DNA of 64,000 bases from positions 3,629 to 67,628 of the forward strand of contig CAZMZF010000011.1 in assembly GCA_964570765.1 (NCBI GenBank). Direction: 5' to 3'. The stretch's first letter is position 1, and each line of letters starts with the position of its first letter. The notes under the pieces are model-generated. The model was not told the DNA's origin, did not search any database, and was given only the letters and a program-made list of their open reading frames with translations. Positions 1 through 10,079 of this stretch are shown one piece after another. Both the position numbers and the translations under genes were made by a program. Source of the DNA: an uncultured Ignavibacteria bacterium. Its GTDB lineage: Bacteria; Zixibacteria; MSB-5A5; RBG-16-43-9.

Positions 1-5
1 TCTTT

Positions 6-1085
6 ATGTTAGATGAAGTGGATAAGATCGGGCAGGATTTCAGAGGAGACCCGGCTGCGGCTTTATTAGAGGTATTAGATCCAGAACAGAACCATACCTT
101 TTCAGACCATTATTTAGAAGTTCCATTTGACCTATCCAAGGTTATGTTCATCACCACGGCTAATATCCTGGATCCGATACCAGCGGTGTTAAGAGACAGG
201 ATGGAAGTCTTAGAGCTTCCTGGCTATACTGATTTAGAGAAATTGCAGATTGCCAAAAAATATCTGATACCAAAGGAGTTAGAAAATCATGGTCTGAAAC
301 TTGAGAATCTTTCTTTTCAGGACCAGGCGATGAAAAGGATAATTAATGACTATACCAAAGAATCAGGATTAAGGAATTTGGACCGGGAGATTGCTACCAT
401 CTGCAGAAAGGTAGCTAAGAAGGTTGCCTCAGATGAGGTTAATAAAGTTGATATAACCTCAAACAACCTGCATGAATACCTTGGTCCCCCGAAATTTTTC
501 CAGGAGGTATTAGAAAGGACTTCACAGATTGGGGTTGTGCCAGGTTTAGCCTGGACTTCTACGGGTGGAGAGATCTTATTTGTAGAAGCTACCAAGATGA
601 GAGGAAAGAAATCCTTAACCTTAACCGGTCATCTGGGTGAGGTGATGAAGGAATCTGCTCAAACTGCATTATCCTATGTGCGCTCAACTTCCCACAGATG
701 GGGGATTCCGGAAGATTTCTTTGAGAAATATGATATTCACGTGCATGTGCCAACTGGCTCGATTCCTAAAGATGGACCTTCGGCTGGAATTACTATGGCT
801 ACTGCTATGGTTTCTCTTCTTTCTGAACGGCCGGTCAAGCCCTATCTGGCGATGAGCGGTGAGATCACCTTAAGGGGACAGGTTCTGCCGATCGGAGGGT
901 TAAAAGAGAAAACTTTAGCCGCCTATCGAGCCGGGATTAAGACGGTTATCCTATCCAAACATAATGAGAAAGATTTAGAGGAAGTCCCAGAGGAGATTAA
1001 AAAGAAGATTAAATTTATTTTCGTGGAAACAGTGGATGAGGTTTTAGGGCTGGCGCTGGATAAGAAGAAAAAAATTAAGAAGTAA
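6..1085 (+). CDS. lon: ATP-dependent Lon protease, C-terminal part (5' end lies outside the window)
   Basis: The translation shows a Lon AAA+ C-terminal region and proteolytic domain ('[17 protein letters not shown]', '[16 protein letters not shown]'). The ORF runs off the window start. Confidence 0.9.
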   Translation: MLDEVDKIGQDFRGDPAAALLEVLDPEQNHTFSDHYLEVPFDLSKVMFITTANILDPIPAVLRDRMEVLELPGYTDLEKLQIAKKYLIPKELENHGLKLENLSFQDQAMKRIINDYTKESGLRNLDREIATICRKVAKKVASDEVNKVDITSNNLHEYLGPPKFFQEVLERTSQIGVVPGLAWTSTGGEILFVEATKMRGKKSLTLTGHLGEVMKESAQTALSYVRSTSHRWGIPEDFFEKYDIHVHVPTGSIPKDGPSAGITMATAMVSLLSERPVKPYLAMSGEITLRGQVLPIGGLKEKTLAAYRAGIKTVILSKHNEKDLEEVPEEIKKKIKFIFVETVDEVLGLALDKKKKIKK

Positions 1086-1105
1086 GATGTAAGAGGTGAG
1101 ATTTT

Positions 1106-1136
1106 GGGGCGACCCAACGGGTCGCCCCTTTTTTTG
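1106..1136 (+). terminator. Rho-independent terminator after lon
   Basis: GC stem 'ggggcgaccc'/'gggtcgcccc' with a 4-nt loop, followed by a T7 run, about 20 nt after the lon stop. Confidence 0.75.
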
Positions 1137-1358
1137 TCTTTATTTGGAGTGCATTAACCACGTTAATGCCTTGCTCCCAGCAGTAAAATATGCGGATGAT
1201 AACATCCGCTTCGAGCAAGGGTATCGGGTTTTATGCCCGATGAATTAACGGTTCGACAGGCTCACCGTCCTGAGCAAAGCCGAAGGAAAGATTTATTGCT
1301 GGACGTTGGTCTCCTGACCAACGTCTGCCTGAAAACGGAATTAAGCGATTTATTGAAG

Positions 1359-1397
1359 ATTGAATATATAAAGTGAAAAAAGGTTGTTATTATAAAT
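1359..1397 (+). repeat. Family F composite repeat, partial copy ('attgaatatataaagtgaa..ggttgt..ataaatc')
   Basis: Matches the first half of the longer copies at 4554-4640 (same orientation) and 41959-42045 (reverse complement). Confidence 0.7.
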
Positions 1398-1590
1398 CTT
1401 TGGGAAAATCCGGGAAATGAATCCGCAGGATTAGGAGTAAGATATACTTAGGTGAAATGTTTCCGAGCTAACGGTTAAGGCCAAAAGAAGTCCCGCAGGG
1501 CGGGATTTGGATGGTAATCTTTTGGCCTGTGTTAGGCGACGTTTTGGTAAAGCTCTTATGTCATAGAACGGTTGTTTACATTTCATAACT

Positions 1591-3240
1591 CTATAGGTCT
1601 TTTCTTCTTGCACGCCAGCGTTTTACTATTCGGCTCACATCCATGTCTTTAATACCTTTAGCCCAACACTCGGCAAACTTAACATCTGCGCTGTCAGGTT
1701 GAGGGTCAGGAAAATCTACTATAACCCTCGTAGGCATTACTACAGAATCCCCAACAATAAGAGCTTCCCCAGTTCTGAGCGACGGTACCATGTCCATAAG
1801 TCCGGCCAACGAATCGGGAACAAGACGACGAACATAATTCTGGTCGTCAGGATTGGTGAGACGCATCACAATAAAGGTGTTGCACTGTGAAATAACGGTT
1901 TCGGAAAGTTCTTTTGGCCGTTGGCTCACGACCATTATTCCAATTCCATATTTCCGTCCCTCTTTTGCGAGCCGCTCTACCGCTATTTTCGCTGCTGAAA
2001 ACTTAGCTTCTGGGCGGTTAGGAATGTAGTTGTGTGCCTCCTCAAATACCATCAAAATGGGAAATTGTTTCCTGTCTGGATTCCAAAAATTAAACTCATA
2101 AACGACACGAGAAATAACCGACGCTACCACACTGACAGCTTCGAAAGGAATACCACTTAGATCAATCACAGTCATTCTCTTTCCAGTATCAATAGAAAGG
2201 TATTCTTTAAGCAATTGAGGAAGACTGGCGTTCCCAGAGTATCGTTTAGGTGAGAACATAAATCGAAACCTGGGGTCATTGGTCTTACTGTCGAAACGAA
2301 TCAAAAACCGATCAAAAACTCCGTTGAGTGGCCCCTTCTTCTTTCCAGAAGACGTGCCAGGCACCATCTCTGTGTTCCAATCGCGGATTTGCTGGAGCAT
2401 CCCCTGAAGATCAAAGTAAATGGGTGAATCAACGGTAACTGCATTGCCAAGTCCAAGTTTTTCCTCCTTATCAGTATTCTGTCGAGCCTGTAGGAGCGCA
2501 TCTCGGAGACCAGTGATCTGGTTATGAGCAGTAAACTCAGTTATATCAACAGCTAGGTCTTGAAATTCTTCAAAGTTTAGTAGCCAATAGGGCAACTCCA
2601 CTTTGTCGGCTTCAATGAGTTGAGCGTGGTTAGGAAATGCGTTTGCATATTCTCCATGCAAATCTATCACGAGTATATGTGTATCTGGATATTTGTCAAT
2701 TGTGTGCTGGAGGATACTTGCCACCGTGCAAGATTTTCCGCATCCCGTCGTCCCGAGAATGGCTGTATGTCTACCGAAAAAGCGATCTACGTGTATGAAT
2801 GCCCGTTGGTCTTCCGCCTGAGCCAAACAGGCAAAAGAGAATCCCTGACTGACGAATTCTGAGAAGATTTCTTTAAGTTCATCTAAACCAACCATTTTTA
2901 CTTTTTGCCCGACGTTCGGGTATATGGCAACCCCACGACTAAATTGCCCATTGTGACTTAGAGTGCCTATGAGGAGACACTCAGCTACTTTCTTGCTAAT
3001 AGTCTCGCCGGCAGCTTCTTGGCCCGGTTTCATTGAAGGCGTAACATCAAGCATGCGAATGTTCGCCACTGTCCCAATGATATTAAGGTCTCGGAAAGGG
3101 ATTTTTACATGTGAGCCCGGCTGACCTGGATAATAGTCACCGTCTAGTGGAACTGTGGTGTCGACCGTCAATTCGACTATAACACGGTTTCCACTAACCT
3201 CAATGACATAGCCGATTTCTGTTTCTGGAGTCTTTGCCAT
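1591..3240 (-). CDS. HerA-like FtsK/HerA-family ATPase, partner of the SIR2 protein in a SIR2-HerA defense pair
   Basis: An N-terminal HAS-barrel-like region is followed by Walker A 'ILGTTGCGKS' and a C-terminal 'VVSQRPKELSETVISQCNTFIVMRL' motif. The likely start is the ATG at 3240, preceded by a GGGGAG RBS, rather than 3270. The upstream SIR2 gene ends in TAA only 2 nt before it, consistent with translational coupling. Confidence 0.8.
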   Translation of the reverse strand: MAKTPETEIGYVIEVSGNRVIVELTVDTTVPLDGDYYPGQPGSHVKIPFRDLNIIGTVANIRMLDVTPSMKPGQEAAGETISKKVAECLLIGTLSHNGQFSRGVAIYPNVGQKVKMVGLDELKEIFSEFVSQGFSFACLAQAEDQRAFIHVDRFFGRHTAILGTTGCGKSCTVASILQHTIDKYPDTHILVIDLHGEYANAFPNHAQLIEADKVELPYWLLNFEEFQDLAVDITEFTAHNQITGLRDALLQARQNTDKEEKLGLGNAVTVDSPIYFDLQGMLQQIRDWNTEMVPGTSSGKKKGPLNGVFDRFLIRFDSKTNDPRFRFMFSPKRYSGNASLPQLLKEYLSIDTGKRMTVIDLSGIPFEAVSVVASVISRVVYEFNFWNPDRKQFPILMVFEEAHNYIPNRPEAKFSAAKIAVERLAKEGRKYGIGIMVVSQRPKELSETVISQCNTFIVMRLTNPDDQNYVRRLVPDSLAGLMDMVPSLRTGEALIVGDSVVMPTRVIVDFPDPQPDSADVKFAECWAKGIKDMDVSRIVKRWRARRKDL

Positions 3241-3242
3241 GG

Positions 3243-4319
3243 TTATTTCTCCCCCAGAGATGGAAGCCACTTCGCAAATTTTTCAAAAGCCCACAAATCT
3301 GTAACTTCACTTTGGTCGTTGCCATCAATAATCGTTCTTTCTTCATTTATTACACTGAGTTTAGGATGAGTAGACCTACAAGCAAGGGCGTCTATCGGCT
3401 CTTTGGAAAGCACCAAAAGAGAAAGACCCTTGTCGAGACCAGAAAATATATACTGGTTCAAGTGCTCATCCGCAAACCGATAACCAATACATATCAATAG
3501 ATTTGCTTCGTTAACCGCCGCACTAAATCTGCGAAAGAGCCAATCAAAAGGAGGACGGATGGATTCAGCATACTTGAGCCTCGACGGATAAATGATTAAT
3601 GAAGTCCTCTTTGATTCTAACGTTGGTTTTTCTTCGTAGAATTGGCCGTTAGATTCAAACCAACTGATTGATCCATGAAGTTTATATAGTCTAATGTGTT
3701 GAGCAGAGGGCTCAAAACGTGGGGTTTGCGCATGAGTTGTTGCCTTTCCAATGTCATAGTCAAAACAGCACGGATTCCATCGGCGGTGGAAAAAACCTTC
3801 GAACCCATTGATTGCAACTATATGCGATTCCTCACAAGCCAACTCTATCAACAAATCGTAGTTGGTTGTGAAGATTTGTACTGGAGGTGCCTTTTCCGCC
3901 GGTTCTGCCTCCCGACGACTTACTATGCGGAGCATGAAGTCCTTATGGTATTCCGTTGGGCCATCAACCTTCAAGATATTTTGGATACATTGACAAACAT
4001 CCTCGAAGGTCGTCTTAAACCGCTCTTTGTCACGATGTTCCGAACCTGCCCCACTCAAACGATGGTATAATTCAGAAAGAACCTCCTCTATGTTAGGATT
4101 TTCTATACTATTATCAGTCAAGGACCGTATGATCTCGTCAAACGTCGTACTGCGGGATACATTGTATAATTTGGATCGAACCAAATCCCTCAACTCAGAA
4201 ATACTTGGAAGCCCAGCACAGAACGATGCACCACCACCCAGAAGAAAAACAGTATTAGGTTCTCTTATCTTCTGTATTAGAGTTTCTTTCAATGTATGTT
4301 TCTTTGTCACTCCTATCAC
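3243..4319 (-). CDS. SIR2-like (DHS-like NAD-binding) protein, NADase effector of a SIR2-HerA system
   Basis: The N-terminal 'FLLGGGASFCAGLPSISEL' is a Rossmann-like SIR2 signature. At 358 aa it is the right size, and its stop sits directly upstream of the HerA start. Confidence 0.7.
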   Translation of the reverse strand: MIGVTKKHTLKETLIQKIREPNTVFLLGGGASFCAGLPSISELRDLVRSKLYNVSRSTTFDEIIRSLTDNSIENPNIEEVLSELYHRLSGAGSEHRDKERFKTTFEDVCQCIQNILKVDGPTEYHKDFMLRIVSRREAEPAEKAPPVQIFTTNYDLLIELACEESHIVAINGFEGFFHRRWNPCCFDYDIGKATTHAQTPRFEPSAQHIRLYKLHGSISWFESNGQFYEEKPTLESKRTSLIIYPSRLKYAESIRPPFDWLFRRFSAAVNEANLLICIGYRFADEHLNQYIFSGLDKGLSLLVLSKEPIDALACRSTHPKLSVINEERTIIDGNDQSEVTDLWAFEKFAKWLPSLGEK

Positions 4320-4553
4320 CTACTGATTCCCTATAATAATAAAGCCAAAATGTCGCCTAACTCGTTCATATCCGCAATTATTGCGTATATACCCCTGATT
4401 TTGGGGTTGTAGACGAACCTGTTTCGTTTATTCCGATTCTGGCTGAAGTTCCGATCCTACGGATCCGTTTCTCGGAGAAACGGATTTCACATCGTCTCTA
4501 CGAGCCGTAAGGCTTTTATCGGCCTGAGCCTCAGTCTGCCTAAGGCAGACAAA

Positions 4554-4640
4554 ATTGAATATATAAAGTGAACAGGGGTTGTCAATATAAATCCTAAAAT
4601 CAATGACGGATGACGAATTTCGAATAACGAATAAAAACAA
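4554..4640 (+). repeat. Family F composite repeat, full copy
   Basis: A roughly 87-bp element, 'attgaatatataaagtgaacaggggttgtcaatataaatcc...atgacggatgacgaatttcgaataacgaataaaaa'. It recurs at 1359 (partial) and as the reverse complement at 41959-42045. Confidence 0.8.
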
Positions 4641-4686
4641 AAGACTGCAGCCTTGCCACTCCCGTGCCAACGGAAGGTTGTCTTTT

Positions 4687-4782
4687 GTAGTTGCTCGATT
4701 CATCGAGCAAAAAGCCCAATGAATTGGGCAACTACTTTTAGCCTCGCCTTTGGGCGACCCTGAAAGGGTCGCACTACGAAAA
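4687..4782. repeat. Cluster of GC-rich palindromic elements (GTAG-REP family G plus family C hairpin)
   Basis: The outer stem is 'gtagttgc...gcaactac', enclosing the palindromes 'tcgattcatcga' and 'cccaatgaattggg'. It is followed by 'tagcctcgcctttgggcgaccctgaaagggtcgcactacgaa', the family C hairpin with a 3-nt loop. Confidence 0.75.
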
Positions 4783-4937
4783 TTCGTATTCCAGCCTTGC
4801 CCACTCCTAATTTGGACCACATGAAAGGCGGGATACGACTATTTTTATTGACTTCTCTTTCCTTGAGATTTAATTTAACTTTTTGATGGAATATTTATTA
4901 AGTCATTAGGATTTGATCTTTCAGACTGGAGGTTTCT

Positions 4938-6596
4938 ATGGAATATAGACCGATAAAAGCGCCGCGTGGAACAACTTTATCTTGCAAGGGTTGGCATCAG
5001 GAGGCGGCTTTAAGGATGCTTCAGAATAATTTGGATGAAGAGGTGGCGGAAAACCCTCAAGAGCTTATCATCTATGGGGGGAGTGGCAAAGCGGCGCGAA
5101 ACTGGGAGTGTTACTATGCTATTGTTGAGGCTTTGAAAAATTTAGAGAATGATGAGACCCTTTTGGTCCAGTCCGGCAAGCCGGTTGGGATCTTTAAGAC
5201 CCATTCCTATGCCCCCAGAGTATTAATCTCAAATTCGATGATGGTTCCTGCCTGGGCTAACTGGGAGAAGTTCCGGGAGCTTGAAAGATTGGGCTTGATT
5301 ATGTTCGGGCAGATGACTGCTGGCTCCTGGATTTATATAGGGACCCAGGGAATTTTGCAGGGGACTTATGAGACCTTTGCCTCAGTGGCAAAAAAACATT
5401 TTACCGGAGACCTGAAAGGGAAATTTGTTCTAACTGGTGGAATGGGTGGTATGGGTGGAGCTCAACCTTTAGCAGTAACGATGAATGGCGGTGCAGTTCT
5501 TTGTGTAGAGGTGGATAAGAAAAGAATAGAAAGGAGACTTTCCAAAGGTTATTGCGATAAAATGGTGGAAAGCTTGGATGAGGCTCTTGATATTGTTTTA
5601 AAAGCTAAAAATAAAGGAAAAGCTATTTCCGTGGGGTTAGTGGCTAATTGTGCAGATACTCATCCAGAGATCTTAAAAAGAGGGATAATCCCGGATATCG
5701 TAACTGACCAGACCAGTGCGCATGATGAGTTAAATGGTTATGTCCCTGCAGGGATACCCTATGAAGAAGCTTTAAGATTGAGAAAGGAAAATCCAGAAGA
5801 GTATATCAAAAGGTCGATGGAATCTATTGCTAAACATGTTGAATCGATGTTAGGATTTTTAAAAGCTGGCTCAATAGTATTTGATTACGGAAATAATATA
5901 AGGGGTCAGGCAAAAAAGGCTGGAATAGAAAATGCTTTTGATTTCCCTGGATTTGTTGTCGCATATATCAGACCTCTATTCTGTCTGGGCAAGGGTCCTT
6001 TTAGATGGGCGGCTTTGTCTGGAGATCCTGAGGATATAAAGATTACTGACAAAATAGTATTAAGGGAATTCAAAGAAGATGAGCCTTTGTGCAGATGGAT
6101 AAAATTGGCTTCCAAAAAAGTCCAGTTCCAGGGCTTGCCTGCAAGAATCTGCTGGCTGGGTTATGGTGAAAGAGCTCATTTTGGAGATATTATTAACAGA
6201 TTGGTCAAAAGAGGAAGGATAAAAGCTCCGGTGGTTATCGGCAGAGACCATCTGGATTGCGGGTCTGTAGCTTCACCCTACAGGGAAACCGAAGGGATGA
6301 AAGATGGCTCAGATGCAATTGCAGACTGGCCTATCTTAAACGGACTTTTAAATGCGGTTTCAGGTGCCTCCTGGGTCTCAGTTCACCACGGAGGAGGAGT
6401 AGGAATCGGGAACTCGATTCATGCCGGGATGGTGATAGTGGCAGATGGCTCAAAGGAGATGAAGTTGAGATTAGAAAGAGTTTTAACCAATGATCCGGGC
6501 ACAGGAGTTGCAAGGCACGCGGATGCTGGATATGAAGAAGCAATTAAAGTGGCAAAAGAAAAAGGGATAAAGATACCAATGATGAAAGAAAAGTAA
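4938..6596 (+). CDS. hutU: Urocanate hydratase
   Basis: Full-length urocanase-like translation (552 aa) with a GGAGG RBS 7 nt upstream. Confidence 0.93.
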   Translation: MEYRPIKAPRGTTLSCKGWHQEAALRMLQNNLDEEVAENPQELIIYGGSGKAARNWECYYAIVEALKNLENDETLLVQSGKPVGIFKTHSYAPRVLISNSMMVPAWANWEKFRELERLGLIMFGQMTAGSWIYIGTQGILQGTYETFASVAKKHFTGDLKGKFVLTGGMGGMGGAQPLAVTMNGGAVLCVEVDKKRIERRLSKGYCDKMVESLDEALDIVLKAKNKGKAISVGLVANCADTHPEILKRGIIPDIVTDQTSAHDELNGYVPAGIPYEEALRLRKENPEEYIKRSMESIAKHVESMLGFLKAGSIVFDYGNNIRGQAKKAGIENAFDFPGFVVAYIRPLFCLGKGPFRWAALSGDPEDIKITDKIVLREFKEDEPLCRWIKLASKKVQFQGLPARICWLGYGERAHFGDIINRLVKRGRIKAPVVIGRDHLDCGSVASPYRETEGMKDGSDAIADWPILNGLLNAVSGASWVSVHHGGGVGIGNSIHAGMVIVADGSKEMKLRLERVLTNDPGTGVARHADAGYEEAIKVAKEKGIKIPMMKEK

Positions 6597-6733
6597 GAAG
6601 TGAGACGGGAGACGAGACTTTGTGCCCGCAAGGTCTCCTGACCTTGCGGGGAAACTAATCCAGTCGGGTCAGGGGACCCGACTGGCACAGGTAAGATAAT
6701 AAGTAAGATGTGAGATATGAGACGGAAAAGAAA

Positions 6734-8014
6734 ATGAGAAAAGTTACTCTTCTTATTAAAAACGCCAGACAGTTTTTGACTCTGTCTTCAGATAAAAAAG
6801 GTCCCCGCAGGGGGAGGGAGATGGAGGATCTGGGGTTGATTGAGGACGGGGCAGTGGCGATTTCCGGGAAAAAGATTGTAACAGTAGGAAAGACTAAAGA
6901 TGTTTTAGCTAAAGTCAAGTCCGAATTTGGATCCTGCGGAATAGATAAGAAGACAAAAATCATAAATGCTGAAGACAAAGTCGTTCTTCCCGGATTTGTG
7001 GACTGTCATACTCACCCGGTTTTTGGGGCTACCAGGGAGGAGGAGTTTGAATTAAGGATAAAAGGCAAAAGTTATGAGGAGATTGCCCAGACTGGAGGCG
7101 GAATCAGGTCGAGTGTAAGGTCTGTGCGGGAATTATCAAAGGAAAAGTTAATTAAACTTGCTTTACCTCGCTTAGATAGATTTTTGTCCTATGGCACTAC
7201 CACCATTGAGGCAAAATCAGGTTATGGGCTTTCCCTGAAGGATGAGATAAAGATTCTGGAAGTAATTAAAAAGTTAAATCAAATTCACCCTCTGGATTTA
7301 GTTCCTACTTTTTTGGGGGCACATGAAATCCCGGATGAGTATAGAGAGAGAAGAGAGGAATATATCGATTTATTAGTCAAGCAGATGATTCCGGAGGTGG
7401 CTAAAAGGAAACTGGCTTCCTTCTGTGATGTTTTCTGCGAAAGAGGAGTCTTTAGCTTAGATGAATCCAGAAAAATATTAGAAACAGCTAAAAGTTATTG
7501 GTTAAAGCCAAAACTTCACGCAGATCAATTGACTCCTTCAGGCGGTGGAGAATTAGCTGCCGAAATTCAAGCAATCTCAGCTGACCATTTGGAATTTGTT
7601 TCTGATTCCGGGATTGACAGGATGAAAGAATCTGGAACAATCGCAGTCCTTTTACCGGGCTCAGTTTTCGGATTGGGTAAAGAAAATTACCCTCCCGCAC
7701 GTAAAATGATTGATAAAGAATTGCCTGTGGCTTTAGCAACTGATTTCAATCCGGGTAGTTCTTTTACAGAATCAATGCCTGTTATCTTGAGTTTAGCTTG
7801 TCTCCGGATGAAACTCACTCCAGCAGAGGCTATAACTTCAGCCACTATTAATTCAGCCTATGCCATAGATGAAGGTGATTCGATTGGCAGTTTAGAGCCG
7901 GGTAAGAAAGCAGATATTGTAATCTGGAATGTCAAAAACTATAAAGAGATACCGTATCACTATGGAGTTAATCTGGTGGATAAGGTTATTAAAAACGGAG
8001 AGATAATCAGGTGA
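6734..8014 (+). CDS. hutI: Imidazolonepropionase
   Basis: Contains the 'DCHTHPVFG' metal-binding motif of amidohydrolase-family HutI. The start is uncertain (6710 or 6734). Confidence 0.88.
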   Translation: MRKVTLLIKNARQFLTLSSDKKGPRRGREMEDLGLIEDGAVAISGKKIVTVGKTKDVLAKVKSEFGSCGIDKKTKIINAEDKVVLPGFVDCHTHPVFGATREEEFELRIKGKSYEEIAQTGGGIRSSVRSVRELSKEKLIKLALPRLDRFLSYGTTTIEAKSGYGLSLKDEIKILEVIKKLNQIHPLDLVPTFLGAHEIPDEYRERREEYIDLLVKQMIPEVAKRKLASFCDVFCERGVFSLDESRKILETAKSYWLKPKLHADQLTPSGGGELAAEIQAISADHLEFVSDSGIDRMKESGTIAVLLPGSVFGLGKENYPPARKMIDKELPVALATDFNPGSSFTESMPVILSLACLRMKLTPAEAITSATINSAYAIDEGDSIGSLEPGKKADIVIWNVKNYKEIPYHYGVNLVDKVIKNGEIIR

Positions 8015-8541
8015 AGAAAGGGATTCTCCATTCGCTATTCGCTGTTGGCTATTTGCGTTTTTTTACCCTGTCTACTGTCTCCTGTCTCCTGTCTACTTTT
8101 TTCTCTTGTGGTCCCTATTCTTTTACTGGCTCCGGCTTGCCCGGCATAAAGACCATTGCTATCCCTTTGTTTGAAAACCAGACCCAGGAATACGGGATAA
8201 GAGAGGAATTGACAGAAAAGTTAGTTCAGGGGTTTGTTCAGGATAATACTCTGAAAGTGGTGGGTGAAAAAATCTCAGATTCAATCCTCAGGGGGACGAT
8301 TTTAAAATACGAGAAAGTTGCCCATACCTTTGATGAAAAAGAGAATGTGAAAGAATATATAGTCAGGATTTATGTCAAAGTTGCATTAGAGGATAAGAAA
8401 CATAATAAAAATATCTGGGAGGAGGAAAATCTTCAAGGCTGGGGGATTTATTCAGCAGATTCAACTGAGGTATATGGAAAGACTAAAGCGATTGATAAAT
8501 TAGCTGAAGACATTGTGAATAAAACGGTGAAAGGGTGGTAG
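8011..8541 (+). CDS. Lipoprotein, possibly LptE-like
   Basis: A signal peptide with lipobox 'FFSCG' is followed by 'LPGIKTIAIPLFENQT', reminiscent of LPS-assembly lipoprotein LptE. The ORF overlaps the hutI stop. Confidence 0.45.
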   Translation: MKKGILHSLFAVGYLRFFTLSTVSCLLSTFFSCGPYSFTGSGLPGIKTIAIPLFENQTQEYGIREELTEKLVQGFVQDNTLKVVGEKISDSILRGTILKYEKVAHTFDEKENVKEYIVRIYVKVALEDKKHNKNIWEEENLQGWGIYSADSTEVYGKTKAIDKLAEDIVNKTVKGW

Positions 8542-8688
8542 GTTTTAGGTAGTAGGTGATAGGTAGTAGGTGGTAGGGGAAAACCTATAACCTTCTACCT
8601 GCCACCTATGACCTGCTTTACGAAATTTATTGACAAATCAAGAGAGGTTTAGTAGATTTTAGAAAAGATAGTTTAAAGTGAGGTTAAA

Positions 8689-9636
8689 ATGAGAGAAAAG
8701 AAGATCTTTGCAGGAACAGTTATATTTTTACTGTTACTTTCCTCAATTAGCTGGGGAACAAATTCGAAGGTTGGAACCACTGCTTATCCGTTCTTAAAAG
8801 TTGGTGTAGGAGCCAGGGCTTCTGCTCTGGGTGGTGCTTTTGTGGGTTTATCAGATGATGAGTCAGCCTTATATTTTAACCCGGCTGGTCTTTTGCAGTT
8901 GAAAGGCAATCATTTCATCACCTATTACAACAACTTTATTACTGATATTCAATCTGGCTTTGTGGGTTATATCCATCCCTATTCAGATAAAGTCAACTTA
9001 GGTTTATCTATAAACTATTTCAACTACGGCTCAATGGAGGAGACAGATAGTTCTGGCAAAAGCTTAGGGACTTTTGGAGCGGGGGATTTGTGTTTTGCCT
9101 TCTCCTATGCCAGAAATATTAAGCCCAGACTGGACTTGGGTGCAAATGTAAAATTCATCCTGGAAAATGAGAGCGCTCAGGGTCATTCCTCAGATGCCTT
9201 AGCTTTAGATTTAGGTGGATTTTATCAGCTCAAAGATGAGCGCACCAGATTTGGGGCAGTAGTTCAAAACTTAGGATTTCAGCTTAAAGGATTTACCTCA
9301 AGCCATAAAGACCCTTTGCCCACTATTGTAAAAGCAGGGATCTCACACAACTTAAAAGAGGTTCCTCTCCTGGTGGCAGGTGATGTGTCTTTACCCTTTG
9401 ATAATGATATCTACTTCAGTTTAGGAGGGGAGATAACCTATTTTAAGCCTCTTTTTTTAAGAATAGGTTGGAGCTCTTTTGGTGAAAATTTCAAGACTGG
9501 CTCAGATAAAGATAAATGGGCTGGGGTTTCTTTGGGTTTTGGAGTGCACTGGAGAAAATATAAATTCGATTATGCTTATTCCTCCTATGCAGATTTAGGA
9601 GGGATACACCGGATAACCATAGCCGGTGGGATATAA
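8689..9636 (+). CDS. Outer-membrane beta-barrel protein, PorV/PorQ/FadL-like
   Basis: It has a signal peptide, and the N-terminal motif 'GARASALGGAFVGLSDDESALYFNPAGL' is characteristic of the PorV/PorQ-type OMP family. Confidence 0.5.
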   Translation: MREKKIFAGTVIFLLLLSSISWGTNSKVGTTAYPFLKVGVGARASALGGAFVGLSDDESALYFNPAGLLQLKGNHFITYYNNFITDIQSGFVGYIHPYSDKVNLGLSINYFNYGSMEETDSSGKSLGTFGAGDLCFAFSYARNIKPRLDLGANVKFILENESAQGHSSDALALDLGGFYQLKDERTRFGAVVQNLGFQLKGFTSSHKDPLPTIVKAGISHNLKEVPLLVAGDVSLPFDNDIYFSLGGEITYFKPLFLRIGWSSFGENFKTGSDKDKWAGVSLGFGVHWRKYKFDYAYSSYADLGGIHRITIAGGI

Positions 9637-9661
9637 ACTTTTATATTCAGGAGGGGAAAAG

Positions 9662-9919
9662 ATGCCAGAAGAAGAAATTGGAAAAGTAGCGGATTATTTT
9701 GCCAAAATCGGTGTAGCCGCCATTGATGTTACTAAAGGCATTCTAAAGGTTGGAGACACAATCCATATCAAAGGACATACCACAGATTTTGAACAAACGG
9801 TTGATTCAATCCAGATCGAGCATCAAAGTGTCCCGGAGGCAAAGCCTGGAGATTCTATCGGCATAAAGGTGAAAGATAAGGTCAGAGACCACGATATCGT
9901 GTATAAGGTACTTCCTTAA
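9662..9919 (+). CDS. Small hypothetical protein (translation-factor-like beta-barrel?)
   Basis: ORF with an AGGAGGGG RBS; I recognise no secure motif. Confidence 0.35.
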   Translation: MPEEEIGKVADYFAKIGVAAIDVTKGILKVGDTIHIKGHTTDFEQTVDSIQIEHQSVPEAKPGDSIGIKVKDKVRDHDIVYKVLP

Positions 9920-9928
9920 CTTAGAGAG

Positions 9929-10002
9929 TGTCATTCTGAGGGAGCGTAGCGACTGAAGAATCCGAAGATTCTTCCCCCGCCACTGGCGGGGTCAGAATGA
10001 CA
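9929..10002. repeat. Composite palindromic element (family J)
   Basis: The outer inverted repeat 'tgtcattctga...tcagaatgaca' encloses the hairpins 'gaagaatccgaagattcttc' and 'cccgccactggcggg'. Confidence 0.7.
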
Positions 10003-10079
10003 ATTAATTAGTTCCAGTTTTACAGTGTTACTGAAAGGTCTGACCTGAGAGAAACATTACTAATTAACAAGAGGATAAT

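Noticed and set aside
350-595. Dozens of short antisense or alternative-frame ORFs inside confidently assigned genes (e.g. 350-595, 1699-1890, 2301-2501, 5906-6115, 12029-12363, 15048-15638, 24644-24910, 53218-55826)
   Set aside because: They lie opposite or out of frame within strongly conserved coding sequence, have no RBS, and their translations are low-complexity. They are by-products of six-frame translation.
8040-8105. Tandem 'ctgtctcctgtct' repeats as a possible CRISPR or mini-satellite
   Set aside because: They are only 2-3 short units inside the signal-peptide coding region of the lipoprotein gene (encoding LSTVSCLLSTFF), with no spacer-repeat periodicity. No CRISPR-like array exists anywhere in the window.
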